The notes: generated by a model not told the origin, from the sequence alone. DNA of 62,562 bases, filler included, from Chiloscyllium plagiosum (GCF_004010195.1; 6 parts of one record of this genome joined end to end with filler, not necessarily neighbours in it); one strand, 5' to 3'; shown: positions 49,708 through 62,220, numbered from the whole stretch's first letter. Translations and numbers: made by a program.

Positions 49708-50120
49708 CTAAGAGATTTTGGGGACTGCAGATATTGGATAATTCACTGTAGGTAAAGCAAGGCGGTGGAAATGCACAGTAAGCCAGGCAACATCCGAGGG
49801 GCAAGAGAGTCGACGTTTCAGGCAGGACCTTTCTTCAGGACTGGGGATGGAGAAGGGGCAAAGAGAAAATGGGTGAGGGGGTGATACTGGGGGAAAGATC
49901 AGTGATAGGTGAGTGATGGTAGGAGGTGATAGTGATAGATCGGTGAGGAGTGTGGAGGAGATGATGGGAAAGAAGATGGACATTAAGTCTCCTTGAGAGG
50001 GCAGATATGAGTCCAGGGGTTGGATCTGGGATCTAGGTTGGCCAGTGGAGATTTGTAAACCAGTGAATCCGATGTTTATGCCGTGTGTTTGTTGGCTTCT
50101 GAGGCAGAAGATGAGGTATT
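49708..50120 (-). mobile_element. Older Penelope-like terminal fragment
   Basis: Same family layout (GGACTGCAGAT..CAGGCAACATCC..GTCGACGTTTC..CTTCAGG) followed by a purine-rich arm. Confidence 0.6.
49808..49842 (-). ncRNA. Minimal hammerhead ribozyme motif with perfect 4-bp stem I
   Basis: Reverse complement AGTC-CTGAAGA-A-AGG(TCCTG)CCT-GAAA-CGTC-GACT. Confidence 0.7.
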
Positions 50121-50124
50121 ACTG

Positions 50125-50465
50125 GTAACATCCTGGTAAAACTCTTCTCATCCATCTCCAGCTGAATAATCTCCTTCCTATAACAGAACTGCACACAGTA
50201 CTTCAGAAGAGGCTTTATGAATGTCCTGCACAATATCAGCATGACTTCCTAACTTCTAACCTCAAAGGTATGAGCAATGAGGTATCCTTAAACACCCTAC
50301 GCCACCAACTTGAAAGAATTTTCCCTGCGCCCCTGGGTCCCTCTTTTCTAAATAACTATTAAAGCCCACCATTAATTGTACAAGCCCTCGCCTTGTTTGT
50401 TTAATCAAAATGCAATGCCTCACATGCATCCATGTTAAACTCCATCTGCCACACCTCAGCCCAAT
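50125..50465 (-). mobile_element. CR1 ORF2 fragment
   Basis: KPLLKYCVQF..YRKEIIQLE..SFTRMLP; WQMEFN. Confidence 0.7.
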
Positions 50466-51142
50466 GAATGATATTGCTGCCCCCTCACACTCCCCCTTCG
50501 GATGAAAACTACAGTCCCCTCTCCATAAGGCCTACAAACACCAGCCTTGAGTTTCCCAAAGAGCTTGGTTTGCCTAGCGCAGGCAGAGGGAGGAGTCGGT
50601 ACGCAAAAGCTGGAAAGGAAACAGTTGCCTTGTATAAATGAATGATTTTAGAAAGAGGGAAGCCACATGATCGAGATTAGAAATAGTGACTGGTGTTTGG
50701 GGCCCAGAATTGTGCTCCTTTCTCCTCTCTGGTGTTCAGTATTGATATCTACTCGCGATCCTTCATAGTGCAGAATGTGTCTGCAGGATTTCTTTCCCTA
50801 ATATAGCAAACTACTGGTAATAGTCATTTAAACCTGAAATCATAGCCAAGCAATTGAAGATGTTCATTGGTTACCTCAATGGCATAGCGAATGCACTCAA
50901 CATCCTTTAGTTGAGGCTCATAACTTGTACTTTTTTTTTCAATTAGAAATGTCCCCTGTATAATTTGGTCATGTTAACCAGAATTTAATAAATCAATACA
51001 TGTCTGAACAAGTTGATTAAACTTTTTTGGAATCGTGCCTTGATGGAGAAGGAAGAGGTACGACTACTGAATTTGAGACTATAGACCCAGGATAACTGAA
51101 AACTCAGCCAACCGTCTTGATTGGAGTCACATTTACACTTTC

Positions 51143-51495
51143 TAGAGGTTTATAAAATTATGAAGGGCATGGATAGTGTGAGTGGTCAAGGTTCCTTCCC
51201 CCCAAGGTAGGAGAGTCTAAAACTAGAAGGCATAGGTTTAAGGTGGGAAGAGAAATATGTGAAAGACAATGAAGAACAACTGTTTTTTTCCTGCAGAGGG
51301 TGGTGCTTCTATGGAATAAGCTGCCAGAGAAACTGGTGGAAGCTGGAACAATTACAGCATTTAAAAGGCAACTGGATGGCTTTATGATTAGTGGGATATG
51401 GGTCAAATGCTGGCAAATGGGAGTAGATTAATTTAGAATAATCGGATGGCATGAGCAAGTTGATGGGTCTGTTTCCCTATTGTACACCTCTAAGA
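51143..51495 (+). mobile_element. CR1 3' end
   Basis: EVYKIMKGMD..GESKTRRHRFKV..WNKLPEKLVEAGT. Confidence 0.8.
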
Positions 51496-52780
51496 ATCAT
51501 TGATTTTATTAATGAAGGTCTCTTTGTAATCTTCAGCTGATCACCATTATACAAACACTGTCCACTGTACACCAAAACTTGATTTCATCCGCAAATTTGC
51601 GAAATATACCTTCTATGACTCTCATCTAAATCATTTATTTAAATGACAAACTAAAGTGGACCCAACAATTTTTCCTCTGGATCATCGCTGCCTACAGGCT
51701 TCCATTTCAAAAAACAACCATCCATCATCACCCTGTCTCCTGCCATTAAACAGATATACACAGAAACACACACGCAATCACACACACATACAATGACACC
51801 GACGCAACCATATCTTCAAGACAAAGGTTAGATTAAAACAACGAACAAGAGTTACAGTGAGAAGGCGAGAAAGATGTGTTGAGAAACACACCCGACAGAA
51901 TCAAATAGCAAAGTAGACTTGATGGGCCAAATGGCCTAAATCCAATTTCTTATGCTGTCTGGCCTTAAGGTGTCAGGATTATTTTCCAAGGGTGCAGTAA
52001 AAGCTAAGTTTGATAAATACTTGACTGAACAGTCAATGGGTCTGTGGGATACCGTTTGAGGGGCTGAATGGTATATGTTTGTTCCCATTTGCTGTGCCCT
52101 TGTTTCTGAAAAGAGTAGGTGACTTGCTGTGAGGTTAACACGCTTTACTATAAAAGGGGTCTCCCATTTACATTTGAGATGACGTTGCTCCTTTCTCCTT
52201 TAAATTATGCGCTCTGTAGCGTTCTCATCCCCCGGGAACAGTGAAGTCTGGGTCATTGAGGATATTCAAGGTTGACCTTAACTGACCGTTAATGGACAGG
52301 AGGGTCAATGTTTATTGGGAACTGACAGGAAAGGGGTATTCAGTTACAATCAGACCAGCCATGATGTTTCTAAACTGGGCAGCAAGTTGGAGGGGACGAA
52401 TGACCAACTGCTGCTCCTACCTCATCCGTTGTTCTGTCAATTCACCCCCAATGCTGTTACAGAGGGAGAGAAAGATCCCATTCAGCCAGTCAGCATCATG
52501 ATAATACAGCAGGGGCAGGCCATAATGCACGTCTATGGAGTTAGACAGGAATAGAATGAAGTATTCAAATCATTTCAGCAAATTACACAGCACAGGAGGA
52601 CGCCATATAACCATCCCAGGCTGTTACGCAGGACCAGGGGCGCCTTGGGCAGCATCAGGAAATACAGAGAAGAGATCATTNNNNNNNNNNNNNNNNNNNN
52701 NNNNNNNNNNNNNNNNNNNNNNNNTTAATTAATTAANNNNNNNNNNNNNNNNNNNNNNNNNNNNNNNNNNNNNNNNNNNN

Positions 52781-54260
52781 AGGCCCGGGGGACTTGTCTA
52801 TCCTCAAGTTGTTCAAAATGTCCAACACATCTTCCTTCCTAACATGTATCTCCTCTCGCTTACCAGTCTGTTTCACACTCTCCTCTTCAACAATATGGTT
52901 CCTCTCATTCGTAAATACTGAAGAAAAGTACTCATTCAAGACCTCTCCTATCTCTTCCGACTCAATACAGTCTCCCACTACTGTCCTTGATTGGACCTTT
53001 GAAGTGATCATATATCAGAAAAATATGAAGTAGGAACTTTGATCCGTCAATTTTGCTCTCCCATTCAATTTTGCTCTCCCATTCAATGGCTGATCCTGTA
53101 TCTCTACACCAAACTCCTGCTGCAACTTCACCCCTTTAGTGTCTAGATATCCTTATTTATATTCAGTGCCTTAGTTTCCACAGTCTTATGTGGGACAGAA
53201 TTCCCCAGGTTTACCAGACTGCGAGTGCAGACATTTATTCTCATCTCAATGCAGAGTGGCTTGCCTGTACCTAATACGTGACCCTTGTTTTAGACGTCCA
53301 AGCCAGTGGAATTATCATCCCTGCTGACAATCTGTCTCACCCTGTCAGAGTTTTACATATTTCGCTGAGATCTCCACCCATTTCCCTAAACTCCATGGAA
53401 TACAGGCCCAGTCGCCTCAAACTCTGCTCCCAAAACAAACCTGTCATCCCAGAGATCAGTCTGGTCATCCTTCACTGCACTCCCTGAATGTCATGCCTGT
53501 GCTTTATTAGGTAAGGAGGCCAATACGCAATAAGCACAATGATCGAGATGGGGGCTCTCCAAGGCCCTGTGTAGCTGCAGTAAGACACACCTGGACTGAA
53601 ATCCCCCGGAAATGAAGGTCAACACATCATTTATCTTTCTACCTACCTCCTGTTGCAGCAGTGTTGCTTTCTGTGACTGGTGTACAAGGAGATCGAGATC
53701 CTTTTCAATGATACAGCTCCCAACTTGGTGGGTCTATGTATACTGGTCTGTGTGCCAATATCAATGCCAGTACTGACTTCTGGCTTCAGAACTCAATGCC
53801 CTGCATGAAACTTGGAGTTTGGTGAACAAGTCATCAAAAGTATACACATAAGTATCTTCATGCAGCAACTTTTTTACATTAATTGCTTTTGAAGTGCTAG
53901 CCTGATTGTCTATTTTCCAACCAAATTGCTCAAAGTTACGTCTATGCACATTGTTCTTCATCTGCCACGTATTTTACCATTTTGTCCACTTTGTCTCAAT
54001 CAGCTTGAAACATTTTCATATCCTCCTCACCCACTCACAATCTCAGTTTGGTACCATCAGCAGATTTGGGAAGATTACATTTAATACCCATGAACAAATG
54101 TTTGATCTGCTTTCTGAATAGATGGGGCCCAAACATCAATTCCTGGATTATCCCACTAGTCATTGCTTTCTACTGCAAAATATATGGAATGGTTTATGCT
54201 GATTCACTTTTTTCCTATCAGCTCTCCTATTCTCAACCCATGCCAGTATATTAGATCTAG
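52781..54260 (-). mobile_element. CR1 fragments (young 52781-53000, older downstream)
   Basis: EEIGEVLNEYFSSVFT..IDKSPGP, near-identical to 7449-7668; older 3' and RT pieces follow. Confidence 0.8.
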
Positions 54261-54261
54261 C

Positions 54262-54757
54262 TGTTACACACTGTTCGGTGCCAGGACAGACCCCTCTCAA
54301 ATCATTTCAAGGAAGTAGTACAGACTCAACTTTTGCTCGTTGACTTAAGCAAGTGTAAGGCGGATATTCCAGGAGTGATGCAGCTGGTCAAATCACTTAT
54401 TTTTAAACAAAACAGAATGTCTTTGCAAGGTTTGCGTGAGACACAAACACAAGAGTATACAATACAGAATAACTTCACCTATCCCAACAGATTCTCCCAA
54501 CTTAATGATGGTATTCCAAGCACTTGATATAATCCTGATAAACACCCCATTGCAAAACCGAAAGGAAAAAAAAAATCAAACCCAGTTTCTAACAGGAGAG
54601 ATGCCAGAGAGAGGGAGGAACAACATAGATCTGCTTCTTTGGGTCCGGTAGCTTCACAACTGGCTGGCTGCTTTAAGTAAACAGCCAGACTGTGAAAAAT
54701 CAGACCAAACAAACCAAAGCAGAGGAACTGAACTGGGATAACTGGCCACTCTCCTTT
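54262..54757. repeat. Possible LTR-like fragment
   Basis: Starts TGTT, non-coding, interrupted by a CR1 3' end. Weak. Confidence 0.3.
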
Positions 54758-56560
54758 CATAAGAACAGAAAAACAGAAGAACTAGGAGCAGGAGTAGGCC
54801 ACCTGGTCCTCTGCCATTCAATAAGATCATGACTGATCTACTTGTGGACTCTGATCTACTTTCCCGCGCTCTCACCGTATCCCTTATTTACTTTATTGTT
54901 CAAAAAGTATCTACCTTAGTTTTAAATACATTTACTGAAGTAGTATCAATTACTTAACTGTGCAGGGAATTCCAGAGATTACAAACCTCTGGGTGAAGAC
55001 GTTCCTTCTCAATTCAATCCTAAATCTACTTCTTGTAATGTTGAGGCCATTCCCTCTTGTCCTAGCTTCAACTGCCAGTGGAAACATCCTCTCTACTTCT
55101 ATCTTATATACTTCCGGCATAATTTTATATGTTTCTATGAGATCATCCTCTCATTCTTCTAAATTCCAATGAATATAGTTCCAGTCTGCTATGTAACACC
55201 TCATAAGCCAACTCCCTCACCTCTGGAATCACCCGAATAAACCACCCCCTCCAGCGCCAGTATACCTTTCCTGAAGTAAGGAGACCAAAACCGCATGCAG
55301 TACTCCAGGTGTGGCCTCATCAGCGCCATGGACAGCTGCAATATAACTTCTGTGCCGCAAACCTCAATCCCTGTAGCAATGAAGGGCAACATTCCATTTG
55401 CTTTCCTCAGTAATTGCTGTACCTGCAGACCAACCTTCTGTGGTTCATGGACATGGACATGCAGGTCCCTCTGTATAACAGCAAGTTTCAACATTTTACC
55501 ATTCAAGTAATAATCCTTTTTTACTGGCACCCCCAACAAAATGGATGACATCACATTTATCAACTTTGTATTCCATCTTCCAGACCTTTACCCACTCACT
55601 CAAAGTATCTATGTTCATCCACGAAGTCTCATAGTCCACTGCATGCTTTGCTATTAAACACATCTTCGTGTCATCTGCAAACCTTGACACACTACACGTT
55701 CTCCCCAACCCCAAATCATCCATATAAAATGTGAATAATTGTGGCCCCAACACTGATTCCTGAGGCACACCACTAGGTATTGATTGCCAGCCAGAATATC
55801 ACTCACTTACACTCACAATTTGCTTCCTGTTAGTCAAGCAATCCTCCATAATATGCTGATACTTTACCCGTAACACCATGCACCTTTTTCTTATGCAGCA
55901 ACTTTTCTTGAGCAACTTGTTGAAGCCCTTTTGAAAATCTAAGTACACCATAGCCACTGGGGCCTCGTTGTCCACCTTGCTCGTATTGTCTCCATAGATT
56001 TTCAAAAGACTTGTTAAACATGACCTGTTCTGCATGAACCCATGCTGCGTCTGCGAACTGGGATGATTTCAATCGAAATACCTTGCTATTTCTTCCTTGA
56101 TAATACACCCAAGCAGTTTCCCCACTACACAGGAAAAGCTAACTTGTCTATAATTCCCCATATTTTGTTTACCTCCCTTTCTAAACAGTGGTGTCACATT
56201 TGCTGTTTTCCAATCTGCTGGCACTGCCCTGGAGTTCAGCAAATTTTATCAAATTGCCACAATTGCATTTACTATTTCTCCCACTATCTCTTCTAGAATC
56301 CTGGGATGCATTCCATCACAGCCAGGAGACTTGCCTACCCTCAGCTCCGTTAGCTTGCCCAACACTATCTCTTCCATAACAATGATTGCTTCCAGGGTGC
56401 TCACCTACTTTCGTCTCTTTGGCAATTACTAGCATACTATTAGTGACCTCCACTATGATGACAGACACAAAACACCTGTTCAATGCCTCGATCATTTCGT
56501 CATATCCTATAACTAAATGACCTTTCCCATCATCTGAAAGACTGATATTTACTCGAGTCA
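54758..56560 (-). mobile_element. CR1 LINE RT and 3' end
   Basis: SCLTSLL..MVYLDFQKGF, PQESVLGPQLF..YMDDL..FADDTK, RPHLEYCMRFWSPY; tail GGCCTACTCCTGCTCCTAGTTCTT. Confidence 0.9.
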
Positions 56561-56729
56561 TTTTTTTTTTGTCATTTTATATATTTATGGTATATACCAT
56601 CATCTATCTCTCATTATATTCTTTACGTGTTTTTTTCTCTCGTGTTCTACCATACTTTTCTTTATAGTTCATTTTGTGGCTTTCTGTTGACCTTTATAGT
56701 TTTCCCCTATCTTCTAGGTTTCTCCCTTC

Positions 56730-57060
56730 ATCTCCACTCCCTCCCTCCCTCCGTCTCGCTCTCTCCCTCCATCTCCTCTCCCTCTCTCCCTCCATCTCAC
56801 TCCCTCCCTCCATCTCGCTCCCTCCCCCCGTCTCTCTCTTGCCCCTCTCACTCATTATCTCCTCCTGTCTCTCTTTCCCTCACCCTATCTCTCCCTTGCC
56901 CATCTCTCTCTCTCTCCGTCTTCTTTCACTCTCGATCCCCCTCTCTCTATGTCTCTCTCTCTGTCTCCCCAACTCCCTCCGTTTCTCTTCGACTGAATCT
57001 CTCTCCATCCCTCCCTCTCTGTCTGATACACTCTGTCTCCCTGGTTCTTCCCTTTTCCTC
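56730..57060. repeat. CT-rich low-complexity tract
   Basis: Degenerate (CT)n/(CCCT)n; a similar tract lies at 60025-60135. Confidence 0.9.
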
Positions 57061-57325
57061 TGAGGTGGTGAGAAAGAGAGAGTGTGCAGAGAAAGAGGGA
57101 AGGAATTGAGGAGAAAGAATAGGAGAGAGGAAATGGGGAGGCCAGGTTGGAGTTGGGGCACAGAGGAAGTTAAACCCAGCTGCTGAGATCAGGGCCCGGA
57201 GCCCTCCCCTTCCCTGAGGACCAGGACTTGGGGCTGAGTCTGTCTCTCTCCAGCTCAGCTTCTCCAACACAAAGACACACAACAACATCATTCACTCTGC
57301 TGCTCAGCACGCTTTAATCAACATT

Positions 57326-57331
57326 TTTATT
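57326..57331 (-). promoter_or_regulatory. Putative polyadenylation signal of GPCR exon 2
   Basis: AATAAA on minus strand about 210 nt after the stop, with ATTAAA just beyond. Confidence 0.5.
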
Positions 57332-57542
57332 GTTCACAAATAGAAGTGATGGATACAGTCAGTGGGATGGTGCCTTTTCTCACTGGCCCCTGAGTTGTGA
57401 GAAACATTGAAATGTTTCCCTGTAACCCCCCCTGTGAGATAAGGATGGACAAACCAGCGCTACCCTCAGTCTGTTACCATAGCTCCAGGCTGCTCCACCG
57501 CTGAAACACTGAACTGAAATGAGAAAATCCAGGAAGGATTAA

Positions 57543-58253
57543 TTAATGAGGGAATTTGATTGATTGATGGATTTGGGTGAAGGGATATTTCAGCACATTT
57601 TTCAACTGCTGCCTGAACTTAGTCTGGGTCACGGCATAAATCGCGGTGTTTGTGCAGCAACTGAGGAGCTGCAGCATGAAGCCCAATTCCCGCACAAAGG
57701 GATCGAGAGACACAGACCGATACCCAATCCACCACATCTGTCTCCATATACAATACAGCATTAACGTTGGCCATAACAGGATGAAATTAGCCAAGATCAC
57801 AAACAGTAAAATGATGGATTTTTTTCGGTTTCTCATTTCTGTGTCAGACTGAGCGTCCTCATTGGTGTGAGCGCGGAGTGTCCTGCGGGCTCTGCTGGTC
57901 ACTAAAATGTGTCTGACGAAACAGCTCAGCACAGTCACTGCTCCCAGAACCACAGCCGCCGTTTTCTCACTGCAATATTTACTTTTCAGCTTCTGGCAAC
58001 AAATGGCCACAAACCGATCAAAGGTGAAAGTGACGGTGAACCAAACAGAGCAGTCAGTGGCTGCATAAAGCAGGACGGTGTGGATATTACACACGGAGAC
58101 CCTCAGGAAATAAAACTGTTCCCGATAAACAATGCGAATGTGTCTCAGAATCAGATCGAAGATAATGACCAGGAGATCCGCCGCTGCCATGGCCCCCACA
58201 TGGAGACAATCCACAATCTTTATAGAGCAGGACGTAGATGGCCACTATGTTAA
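57543..58253 (-). pseudogene. GPR139/GPR142-like class A GPCR exon 2 (copy E), disabled
   Basis: Acceptor TTTTCCTTCGTCACAG|; VNIVAIYVLLYKDCGLSPC, frameshift near 58197, AMAAADLL, CSVWFTVTFTFDRFVAIC, LSCF/VRHIL junction lacking ECL2-TM5, SIILLFVI..NFILLW, LLSCCTNTAIY..TQTKFR. Confidence 0.88.
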
Positions 58254-58810
58254 CTGTGACGAAGGAAAACAAACCCATTATCCATCAGCCTGGAGGCAAA
58301 GGGACCCATTTGATTGGGGACCCAGTGAGATTTTCAAATGCGTCCCTGTATTCAGGGATTTACTAAAATAATTGGAGCTGGAATAACAAATGGGAAGGTC
58401 AGAATTACTGACAAAAATGTGACATAAACCATAAGAAGCCCTCCCTCCCAAACACACAGAGACATATCCATCAGGACAGATGGTTTCTAGAACGTTCCCA
58501 CACACTCGATCACTCGAGCAGGCACAGGTCACTCCTTCCCAGTTCCTAATATGGAGGGTGGAAACGTTGCTGCCCTGAAGGATTCTCTCCCAGTTTCCTG
58601 AAGACAAATGGAGTTTGGAAAATGCTGTATTTTGGTCTAACTCATGGTCAATCTTGTGTCGTGAAGAAATGTAAACGCAGGGAAAACGTATTCACCCCTT
58701 TAATTGCCTGAGGTGCCTTCGGAACAGTGTCTCCTTCAACCTGGAACGGGGTCTCTTCCCTCGGGATCTTATAGTTTGTTCAATTCATTGACGTCCGGCC
58801 GTTCACAAAC

Positions 58811-58900
58811 AATGTCAGGGACAGAACGTTCCGGGGAATGTCAGTTATAGAATGTCGGGGACGGAACGTTCCGGGGAATGTCAGTTATAGAATGTTGGGG
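58811..58900. repeat. 40-bp tandem repeat x2
   Basis: AC(A/G)GAACGTTCCGGGGAATGTCAGTTATAGAATG at 58821 and 58861. Confidence 0.9.
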
Positions 58901-58903
58901 ATA

Positions 58904-59097
58904 GATCTGCAACCCAGGAGCAGTTACCCTCCCAGCATGTAGGACTGTGTGCACCACCCCAGTGCATTGATCTGTAAACCAGGAGCAGTTACCCTCCCGG
59001 TATGTAGGACTGTGTACATCAACCCAATGCATTGATCTGTAAACCAGGAGCAGTTACCCTCCCAGCATGTAGGACTATGTCCACCACCCCAGTGCAT
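58904..59097. repeat. 65-bp tandem repeat x3
   Basis: GATCTG..CCAGGAGCAGTTACCCTCCC..ATGTAGGACT units at 58904, 58969, 59034. Confidence 0.9.
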
Positions 59098-59419
59098 GGC
59101 TTAGTAACACTGTGTTAGATCCCTGCGCAATGTGGGGAAACTTGCAGCCCATGCTGGAAGTGACAGGATGTGCAGCTCCCATCCATTTACAGCTCCATAT
59201 CTCCAATGTAGCATGACAAGGGGATGCTGTGTGTGTAAACATCACTGCCAGAGAGAGATGGTGAATGAATCAGTTTAAATATCACCACATGGGAGGGGTT
59301 TGGGGTATAGACAGAGGGGGGAGACTGAGAGACAGTGTCATGGAAGGATGTGTTCCCAGGTTTCTGAATGCTGAAATGTAAACACATCGATAGCATCCTG
59401 TAACATGAGCCTGTCTTCA

Positions 59420-60030
59420 TTGCGTATGACAGAGGAATTGTCTGCACGAGGCTGAGCTAGTTTCCTGGTTCTGTCTTATCGAACTCACCTAATTAACTAC
59501 TCTCCTCACTCCATGGTGTCCCTCTCATTCAATATCAGCCCGATTCTCCCACCCATCATGGCTGGAGGTACACACCACCGCCCGGGTACCCCTGGATATT
59601 CCGTGATCCCTGGCACTGATGCCATCTTTAACAAGCCAATGGACACATGTTTGAGCTTTCTCTGTTTGGAGCTGCCCTGCACAGTTTACCCCGACCATGG
59701 CAGATAAGGGACAATTACACCACGGTTTGTCGACAGGGGAACGGAGGTTCTGGTGGATGGGCTAGTACAGAGGGGGACCATTCTCTTCCCAGAGGGGGCC
59801 ACACCACCAGACTCACCGAGCATGGTCTGAGCTCACCACCCAGCTCGGTGTAGTATCTGCGGTCTGAAGAAATGTCCAGTAATACAGGACAAGCATCAAT
59901 AACCTTCCCCCCCCCTGTCAGGATAAGGGTCAGTCAGCTCCTTCTGTTCCCTCACACTCACTGTATATCTGTTATAGCACCGACCCCCGAACAAGGCTCA
60001 TGGTCCACGACTCTCAGTGCAGTGCCTTCT
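59420..60030 (+). mobile_element. PIF/Harbinger relic with Myb/SANT-like (NAIF1-like) ORF exon at 59697-59922
   Basis: MADKG/TPRFVDRGTEVLVDGLVQRGTILFPEG/PHHQTHRAWSELTTQLGVVSAV*RNVQ*YRTSINNL..VR (frameshifts at slashes) matches the PRF..LE.LLD.V..LFP..AW.E.A..R..QCRKK.NDL trihelix pattern. Confidence 0.7.
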
Positions 60031-60639
60031 CTCTCTCTCTCTTCTCTCCCCTCTATTTCTCCCCCCTCTCTATCTCCCCCTCTCTCCCTTTTTCTCTCCC
60101 TCCTTGTCTCTCTCTCCTTCTCTCTCCCTCTCTCCTGTATGAATATATCACTGTGGACTGACTCTCCCTGGACCCCTCACCATATCTCTCCCTACCCCCA
60201 CCTACACCAGCACTAACAGCAGGGCCACCCAGTCCCACCCTCCATCTCTTTCTCCTGTTCCAGGAGAAACAGCCTGGAATAGGACAGAAAAGGACAAGCC
60301 GGGTGGTGGAGTGCCCGATATCTGTTCACTCACCCCCCCTCCCCCCACCATGTGGGGAGGACCCTGGGACGCCTCGTGTGGAGATTCTGAAACATCCTAG
60401 TCCCACCGACCGAGTAAGGAGCAATGTTCAGTGAAGGGCAATTCTCACTTTAAACCCACTGGCAGCTCCGTTTCCCCCTGGCACAACTTAGAAGCTGTGG
60501 CCCTGATGCCATCCACCTTCTGTGCTGAGCTGGTAGAACTGGAATCCCCACAGTCTCAGAGGGCAGGAGGGTGGGCTCACAACACATCGTTACCACCACC
60601 TCCCCGGAAGGGAGCATGGAGGCTCCCTCCTACACCTCC

Positions 60640-62220
60640 CCCTGTAAACAGTTCAGATACTGAAGCTAATCTGTGATAGTTATTGCTCTCCCCACTAGTC
60701 CTGACATCTTCAACAATTTGTGTTCATATACACCCAGGACCCTCTGTTCCTGCACCCCCTTTATAACAGTACAGCCTGTTTTATATTGTCTTCTAATGTC
60801 CTTCCTTCCAAAGTACATCATCTCACACTGCTCTGATTGATTCCCATCTCCCATAAACCTGAACACTACACCAATGTGTTACTGGCCTGTTGGTGTTCCA
60901 CACTGTCCTCCAGAAACGTTATAATGCTTTCAGGTTTGGTGCCATCTATAAGCATTGATTTGGAGCTGATGGAGTTGGAATGGCGTGTACGAATTAAAAA
61001 ACCTTGTGTTGTGTGATTGTTAACTTTGTACACACGTTGAGATTGTCACAGAGTCACAGGCCCACAGAACAACTGAAATCCTGCCACACTCCCTTGTGTG
61101 AGCAAGTTAATGCTTACATAGTGTCACAGAGGGAGTCAAATAATGACATGCTGTCAATGGAGGAACAGAAAGGCTAACACACACCAGACAGAGCGAATGA
61201 GGTTTTGATGAAGCACAGAAGAAGAAGAAACCTGATAGGCTCCCTTTATCTGCGTATCATCAGTGTATTTGTGTGTCTGTGTTGGGTAGTTCCGACAGTC
61301 TGTGTTGTTTAAACTGATGCAATATCACCCTCTGCTGGCCTCCCCACACCACTGCATAGGCATTGGCAGAGGCTGAAATTCAAGGGTGGGAGGAGGGAAC
61401 AGCTCACAGCACTATCCAAACTGATGTACTGATCTAAATGTATTTTAAACTTTGTAACTGCATCCGCTTCCACCACTTCCACTGGAAGTTCATTCCACGC
61501 ACAAACCTTCTGTGTAAAAAAAAGTTGCATTTCACGTCTTTTTAAAACATTTCTCCTCTCATCTTAAAATATCCCCCTAGTCTTGAATATCCAATCCTAG
61601 TTAAAAGAAAACAACCAATCACCTTATCTAGACCTCTCATGATTTTATAAGCCTGTATAACCCCTCAAGTTTCTTCTGTCCAGTGAAACAGTCCCAGCCT
61701 AACCAGTCTACTTTTATAACTCAGCCCCTCTGTTTCCGGCAACATCCTGGTAAATCTCTTCTAAACACTCTACACCTCAACAATATCCTCCCTATAACAA
61801 GGTAAGCAGAATTGGACACAGTATTCCAGAAGAGTACCATTATTTAAGAAAGGTGATAAGGACAAGCCAGGGAACGAGAGACTGGTGAGCCTGAAGTCAG
61901 TGGTGGGCAAGTTTTTGGAGGGAATGCTGAGGGATAGGATGTATATGTATTTGGAAAGGCAAGGACTTATTAGGGATAGCTAACATGGCTTTGTGCGTGG
62001 GAAATCATTTTTCTAGAACTTATTTGAGTTTTTTGAAGAAGTAACAAAGTAGATTGATGAGGGATATTGATCTAATCGGCCAATGGGCTAAGGAGTGGCA
62101 GATGGAGTTTAATTTACATAAATGTGAGCTGCTGCATTTTGGGAAAGCAAATTGCGACAGGACTTGTACACTTAATGGTAAGATCCTAGGGAGTGTTGCT
62201 GAACAAAGCTGTGTTAGTTA
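60640..62220. mobile_element. CR1 fragments (60640-60960 -, 61420-61830 -, 61834-62220 +)
   Basis: CEMMYFGRK..QRVLGV; WNELPVEVVEA; PLFKKGDKDKPGN..HGFVRGKS..EFFEEVTK; WQMEFN. Confidence 0.8.

Noticed and set aside
56627..57161. Ser/Pro/Leu-rich and Arg/Glu-rich ORFs
   Set aside because: Translations of a CT-rich low-complexity tract.
58811..59097. Regularly spaced repeats resembling a CRISPR array
   Set aside because: Whole units repeat without unique spacers, there are no cas genes, and the context is eukaryotic.
59100..59420. Possible Harbinger transposase next to the Myb ORF
   Set aside because: No convincing DDE motifs (IDCTH, GDxGY, LHN) could be read; left unassigned.
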